Below, piece by piece: positions 59,300 through 64,000 of a DNA stretch of 64,000 nt; position 1 is the stretch's first letter; each line of letters begins with the position of its first letter. Source of the DNA: an uncultured Gammaproteobacteria bacterium (GTDB taxonomy: Bacteria; Pseudomonadota; Gammaproteobacteria; UBA9214). Where the stretch lies: positions 32,001 to 96,000 of the forward strand of contig CAWHCQ010000009.1 in assembly GCA_963827755.1 (NCBI GenBank), given 5' to 3'. The notes below the pieces were generated by a model that was not told the origin of the DNA, did not search any database, and saw only the letters and a list, made by a program, of their open reading frames with translations. Made by a program: the position numbers and the translations under genes.

Positions 59300-59668
59300 T
59301 TATCTGGCAATCATCTTGTTGTATTCACTGGCATCGAAAAAGACTTCCAGGGCAATGATTTTTTCATCCGCCACCGTCGCCAACTGGACCACGGCTACAT
59401 CCTTCAGGGTTTCCATGGTGGTCCTGTAGTGCAGGATACTGCAGACATCACTGCCGTCGACAAAGGTCCGGTGTCGCTCGATCCGCACGAGGATCGGGCC
59501 GACACGGGAAATGAGGGCTATGCAGGTATCCGCATTGTCGGTCTTTGAGACAGGACTGCGGTAAGTGAACTGTGTATCTGACAGGAACTCTCTGGCACGC
59601 TCGAAATCACGTGCATCGATGGCATCGATGAAGGCCGTGACTATGGTTGCAGGTGACTGCTGGCTCAT
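59300..59668 (-). CDS. SnoaL/NTF2-like protein
   Basis: IVTAFIDAIDARDFERA..VDGSDV..KIIALEVFFDA. Confidence 0.8.
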   Translation of the reverse strand: MSQQSPATIVTAFIDAIDARDFERAREFLSDTQFTYRSPVSKTDNADTCIALISRVGPILVRIERHRTFVDGSDVCSILHYRTTMETLKDVAVVQLATVADEKIIALEVFFDASEYNKMIAR

Positions 59669-59880
59669 ATGCCAGCCACCAGGATGGAAACAGAGTCCGG
59701 ATAAAGCTCACTAGTACTCATTACAGCAATACTATCCGGAAATTATTCAGAAGGGAAAATAGTCGGCTTACTTTCTCATTAGCGGGAATAAGGGACAGAC
59801 TGACCCTGTTGATTTCCCCCTTTTTGTGATATCCATTGATCAGAGTTCCTGAAGCCGTATTGCCGTACCCCGGAGGAGTG

Positions 59881-60903
59881 ATGATCGGAAACCGACCTGC
59901 CTGTAAAACCCTGCCGGGTAGCCTGGTCCTGCTTTGCTGCCTCCTGAGTGTTTCCTGCATCCCGATCGTCAAACAGTCCCGTGCGTTCCCGGTGGACGCA
60001 GCGTTTCTGACGAATCTGTATGCCGATCAACGCGAGCGCATCCTCGTTCTGCCCGTATGGCAGAATTATCCCGCGTTCATTTCAGAGCCTTCGATCGCTG
60101 AATCCTCGACGCTTGCGTTCGGGGACCCGCTGATTCTGCAGGTTGCGGACCTGTACGAGGTCCACAACCAGGTGCCCGGGCGGACCATTGCGGGTGTCAT
60201 GGTGATCATCCCGCTGGCTGCTGTCGGCCATGGCGTGGAATTTTATGGATTTATCATCATCGGTGAATCCGGCAGGATCACGTGGGTCAGACCGGGGTAT
60301 CCGAAGTCAAGGGTGTTGTCTTCGGTTTATCTTTCACAAGACGATAAAAACGAACTGCTGCGGACATTCCGTGACGTTACCGAGATCCCTTCTCCGCTGA
60401 CCTCACCTGTATGGCGCTTTATCGGCAAGCTGAAACTCTCCGTCGATTACAGCGCGGATCAAAGAGACGAGGTTGTCGGTTTTTTACAGGGCATTGATGA
60501 CGAGATCTCCGGCCGCGGTCTCATCCTGTACCTAAGCGGTGATCGCTACGAGGGCGAGTACATCGACGGGCGGCCGCATGGACAGGGTGCCATCAAGAGC
60601 ACGGACGGACACCGCTACGAGGGAGCCTGGATCGGTGGCGCAATTCAGGGTCGCGGCACCTACGCGTGGCCGAATGGCATGCGTTACGACGGTGAGCTGG
60701 TGAATGGCAAACCCGAAGGGCGCGGTAAAATGGTCAATCTAAATGGCAACTGGTACGACGGCGAGTGGCATGACGGCTATGCCGAGGGGGAGGGCAGGAC
60801 GATGATCGATGGCGAGATGTACGAGGGTGCCTGGTTTCGCGGCTGCCTGCGTGGCAAAGACCAGCCGATGGGCTGGGGATTGCCGCCAAGGCAATGCCGC
60901 TGA
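59881..60903 (+). CDS. MORN-repeat lipoprotein
   Basis: Lipobox-like SVSC; several GxxYEGxWxxG repeats at the C-terminus. Confidence 0.75.
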   Translation: MIGNRPACKTLPGSLVLLCCLLSVSCIPIVKQSRAFPVDAAFLTNLYADQRERILVLPVWQNYPAFISEPSIAESSTLAFGDPLILQVADLYEVHNQVPGRTIAGVMVIIPLAAVGHGVEFYGFIIIGESGRITWVRPGYPKSRVLSSVYLSQDDKNELLRTFRDVTEIPSPLTSPVWRFIGKLKLSVDYSADQRDEVVGFLQGIDDEISGRGLILYLSGDRYEGEYIDGRPHGQGAIKSTDGHRYEGAWIGGAIQGRGTYAWPNGMRYDGELVNGKPEGRGKMVNLNGNWYDGEWHDGYAEGEGRTMIDGEMYEGAWFRGCLRGKDQPMGWGLPPRQCR

Positions 60904-60960
60904 TTAATATAAATAAAGGGTGTAACAATTAATCTGCGTCCTGTTGCCTTAACGTAATTG

Positions 60961-61485
60961 TTAACCCTGCTCATGGCGGTTTATAAAACCTTCCAGCGCT
61001 TCCAGTCTCATTGGGCCAGGGTTGACGCCGAGCAACTTACCTTGCGGTGAGAACAATAGATAGGTTGGCGTTCCTCGAAAAGCCTCTTCGGTCAATATTG
61101 GATAGTTCAACCCGATCAATGCCAGATTACCAATGTAATTCGGATAACTTAATTCATTGCTGGCCAGAAAGCGCACTACTTCTTCTTTTTTATCCAGTCC
61201 GTCAATCGAAATACCAATGACCCTTGCATCTTTGCCGCTGTGATTTTCATGGAATGAAGAAATCATCGGTTCCTGCTGCCGGCATATACTGCAGTCGGTG
61301 GCCCAGAACATCAGCAGTACCCACTGTCCCCGGCCAATGTCGTCATTGATCGAATAGGCCTTGCCATCGATGGTGTGCAAGCCAAAATCCGGCAGGCCGG
61401 CATCGGCATATACAGTTTGCGCACATAACAGGCACGCAGCCAGGACCATGCAGTTGATTTGTTTGAAAACAGTCATCGACGTCAT
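60961..61485 (-). CDS. TlpA-family thioredoxin-like disulfide reductase
   Basis: Signal peptide; FWATDCSIC; GTPTYLL. Confidence 0.85.
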   Translation of the reverse strand: MTSMTVFKQINCMVLAACLLCAQTVYADAGLPDFGLHTIDGKAYSINDDIGRGQWVLLMFWATDCSICRQQEPMISSFHENHSGKDARVIGISIDGLDKKEEVVRFLASNELSYPNYIGNLALIGLNYPILTEEAFRGTPTYLLFSPQGKLLGVNPGPMRLEALEGFINRHEQG

Positions 61486-61502
61486 ACGGGTTGTTCCTGC
61501 AA

Positions 61503-61565
61503 TAAAGGGTGTCAGAGCACACACATTCTAATAGTAGGGGAAAATGTGCTCTGACACCCTTTTTT
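61503..61565 (-). repeat. Hairpin element family A
   Basis: GGGTGTCAGAGCACA..AAAATGTGCTCTGACACCC. Confidence 0.85.
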
Positions 61566-61571
61566 ATTGAG

Positions 61572-62780
61572 TTATTCCCCGGCCCCGCACTCTTTGCAGT
61601 ATTTTCCGTGGATATACGTTGCCTTGTTGCAATGACTGCATTGCCTGTACTGGTTAAAACCGCATAAAGGACAGGCAGAACTCCCGGGCGGTAAATGCGC
61701 CCCGCAATCCTGGCACAGTCCTTTTGTTATTCGCTTCTCGACCAGTTTTTCCCTGGAGAACAGCTTCTTCTGCAGAAAATAGATCAACGACAACGCCGCC
61801 ACTATGCCCAGCCCCATCAATAAATAATGCCAGATCGCCACGAGCTTCATGGACTCGAGAAATTCAATCACGTGCCTCAGGAGCTTTTTGGGTATGACGT
61901 TGTAGACCAACTCGGCAATCTTGAATATCACCGGAATGAAAACCACAACCAGCAGGTGCGAGGAAACCAGGGACTGGAACGGGCGGCCTGCAGCAATACT
62001 TTTTGAATTCCAGAAGAAGAAACCGGCTACCAGCGGCAACAGGAAGAGCATTTCCATCCCGAGGCGTTTTACCGGGTGCCAGAAATTACGGCTGCGCAGG
62101 TCCTCCAGCAGGCTGCGCCTGTCCGCATCGGATGAAGACTCGATCACCTCGAACAACCCGGCCAGTTCGGGGTGTTGAACCAGCGATGATGCCAGCACCC
62201 TTTCCTGCTGCACCAGTGAATCCAGCGTTTCGGTTGTCTTTGAAACCCGTGTTTTCAGCGAGGCAGTGCTATCACCTGCCCCGCCTTGCGCCGCAATCAC
62301 CTCGAGAAGCGACGTGTTATAAGCGCCTGTCACCCGCTCAAGTTCCGATTTTACCTGGATCGCTTCTGTTCTCAGGCGAAGGAATTCGCTTAGTTCAGCA
62401 GACAGTTCCCGGTCGTCTTCCATGCTCCGTATCCGTGCTGAAATCGGCGCACAGACAGGATGCTCCCGCTTTAGCCTGTCTCTCTCATCGATCCGCTCAT
62501 AACTGCCGCGGAATTCAGACACGATACGGGCAATCCGCACAAGGCGGTTCGACTCGTTCCATTCTTCATCGATTACCACGTCACGGCAGTGCTGAGGGAT
62601 ATATTCCGCGGGGCTGGTCAATTGACGTGTATGGTCAGCCAACCCCTCGAAAATTGAAATCAGGATGAACAAATCAAGAAGCAGGACGACCGCAAGCGCC
62701 GCCTTGCCGATTGGTTGACTGTCCAGCGTGGTAAGACCGCGTTTGACCGCCTTCAGCTTGTTTCGTATCAGGCCTGACAT
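61572..62780 (-). CDS. Membrane protein with C-terminal double zinc ribbon
   Basis: TM, periplasmic coiled coil, 3 TMs, four CxxC motifs. Confidence 0.75.
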   Translation of the reverse strand: MSGLIRNKLKAVKRGLTTLDSQPIGKAALAVVLLLDLFILISIFEGLADHTRQLTSPAEYIPQHCRDVVIDEEWNESNRLVRIARIVSEFRGSYERIDERDRLKREHPVCAPISARIRSMEDDRELSAELSEFLRLRTEAIQVKSELERVTGAYNTSLLEVIAAQGGAGDSTASLKTRVSKTTETLDSLVQQERVLASSLVQHPELAGLFEVIESSSDADRRSLLEDLRSRNFWHPVKRLGMEMLFLLPLVAGFFFWNSKSIAAGRPFQSLVSSHLLVVVFIPVIFKIAELVYNVIPKKLLRHVIEFLESMKLVAIWHYLLMGLGIVAALSLIYFLQKKLFSREKLVEKRITKGLCQDCGAHLPPGSSACPLCGFNQYRQCSHCNKATYIHGKYCKECGAGE

Positions 62781-62847
62781 ATCTTCGCACTCCCCGGGTC
62801 AAGGGATCAGTGTACTTGAAATGCTGAATTCAAAGGTAGTCTTGCAA

Positions 62848-62905
62848 TAAAGGGGGGCAGCACATTTACCGCTTATATCAGGAGTAAATGTGCCGACACC
62901 CTTAG
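62848..62905 (+). repeat. Hairpin element family A
   Basis: GCAGCACATTTACCGCTTATATCAGGAGTAAATGTGCCGACACCC. Confidence 0.75.
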
Positions 62906-62920
62906 CTTCCAGCAATGCTC

Positions 62921-63418
62921 CTAACCGAGAACCTGTGGGTTGAGTTGCCAAAGGGAATAATTCAGTGCAGCTGCGAAACTGACCCACAGCAGGTAAGGGA
63001 TGAGCAGCGCACCGGCAAGCGGGCGCACGCGCCAGAAAGACACCAGGGTGGCCACGATAAGGATCCACAGCACCAGGATGTCGGCGAACGACAGAACGCC
63101 GAGGTGCCAGGCAAAGAAAAGCCAACTCCAGACTGCGTTGAACGCAAGCTGCAAAAGAAACAAAACAAGCGCTTGCCGATTGGCACGGAATCCACCGCAA
63201 CGCCATACCAACCAGGCGGCGATGCCCATCAAGGCATACAGAACCGTCCACACCGGACCAAAAACCCATGGCGGCGGCGCCCAAACAGGCTGGGCAAGCT
63301 GGGCGTAGAAAGACCCGGCCTGTATTGAGGCCACGGCACCAACGGCAGAGGCAGCGAAGCTCAGCACCAGCCAACCGACAAGCCCCAGGATCTGCTTTTG
63401 CATAGACAGTGATGACAT
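62921..63418 (-). CDS. tspO: TspO/MBR tryptophan-rich sensory protein
   Basis: WAPPPWVFGPVWTVLY, NAVWSWLFF, LLIPYLLWVSFAAALN. Confidence 0.92.
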   Translation of the reverse strand: MSSLSMQKQILGLVGWLVLSFAASAVGAVASIQAGSFYAQLAQPVWAPPPWVFGPVWTVLYALMGIAAWLVWRCGGFRANRQALVLFLLQLAFNAVWSWLFFAWHLGVLSFADILVLWILIVATLVSFWRVRPLAGALLIPYLLWVSFAAALNYSLWQLNPQVLG

Positions 63419-63456
63419 ATGGATCTCCGTTTTGTTGCCTGACATTGTATTTCGTT

Positions 63457-63517
63457 AAACGGTGTCAGAGCACATTTTCCACTTATATTAGTGTTAAATG
63501 TGCTCTGACACCCTTTC
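63457..63517 (+). repeat. Hairpin element family A (near-perfect copy)
   Basis: GGTGTCAGAGCACATTT-TCCACTTATATTAGTGTT-AAATGTGCTCTGACACC. Confidence 0.9.
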
Positions 63518-63520
63518 CTT

Positions 63521-64000
63521 CTAGATCAATCCTGTTTTTCTCATTTCCCAAAAACATTTTTCCGTCGCAGCAATATCAACAGAAGCATCATGTGCATTCT
63601 CAAAGTCCTTGCCAAATAATTTGGCATGTAATTCTGATAATTTTGGCCACTTATAACCATAAGGGCCGGAAAGCTGGCAGTAGTCGGTAGAGGACTGCAT
63701 GGTGCAGAGTTTGGTTTTTTGTTCAAAGCTGGATCGAATTCCCTTTCTCAGAAACTCTGCCCCCACAATTTTCTCATCAAAACTCATGTTGTGAGCAACA
63801 ATAAACCCGGCCTTCTCAACCAATTCATTAAAAAGGTTCAGCACCTTGTCAAGAACCTCTCCTTCATTGATTGCTTTTTCTGTGGTAATCCCATGAACTC
63901 TTGATGCCTCCAGGGGTATTACAAAGTTTTCCGGTCGAATAATAAAATCGGCAGATTCGATACGCTTGCCCCTGTCATCTGACAATATCCAGGCAACTTG
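63521..64000 (-). CDS. DEDDh 3'-5' exonuclease, 3' part (5' end beyond the window)
   Basis: VHGIT, VAHNMSFD, CTM, KWPKLSEL, AHDASVD. Confidence 0.85.
   Translation of the reverse strand, partial: QVAWILSDDRGKRIESADFIIRPENFVIPLEASRVHGITTEKAINEGEVLDKVLNLFNELVEKAGFIVAHNMSFDEKIVGAEFLRKGIRSSFEQKTKLCTMQSSTDYCQLSGPYGYKWPKLSELHAKLFGKDFENAHDASVDIAATEKCFWEMRKTGLI

Noticed and set aside
28022-63517. Family A repeats as a CRISPR array
   Set aside because: Copies are ~60 bp, degenerate, in both orientations and separated by whole genes; no cas genes.
38746-63517. Classical integron or CALIN
   Set aside because: No intI in the window, genes are not co-oriented, and I could not find RYYYAAC..GTTRRRY-framed attC folds after stop codons. 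Not tested by software.

Overview
64-kb window from a GC-rich bacterium, most likely a (sulfur-oxidising?) gammaproteobacterium; the taxonomy is inferred from gene content. About 68 CDS; I saw no rRNA, tRNA, CRISPR, integrase or transposase. The left ~25 kb holds stress, transport and metabolic genes: DEDDh exonuclease, CBS proteins, USP, GNAT-nitrilase fusion, MotA/MotB-like pair, P-type ATPase, alcohol dehydrogenase, DAHP synthase and a DUF1538/PII module. It also holds candidate sulfur genes: an internally deleted TusE/DsrC-like remnant, an MddA-like methyltransferase and a 136-aa protein that appears to keep the catalytic residues of sulfur oxygenase reductase. From ~25.7 kb onward, unrelated single genes or short modules lie in mixed orientation, and most boundaries carry one of several related 60-100 bp hairpin elements. 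One family has >=10 copies with a conserved asymmetric core ending GTTAAATGTG. Truncated gene remnants lie near some elements, and a 3-gene operon is bracketed by a 49-bp direct repeat; together this suggests a hairpin-punctuated gene-capture array. Four genes carry +1 frameshifts that look like sequencing errors. All family calls come from motif recognition, not database searches.
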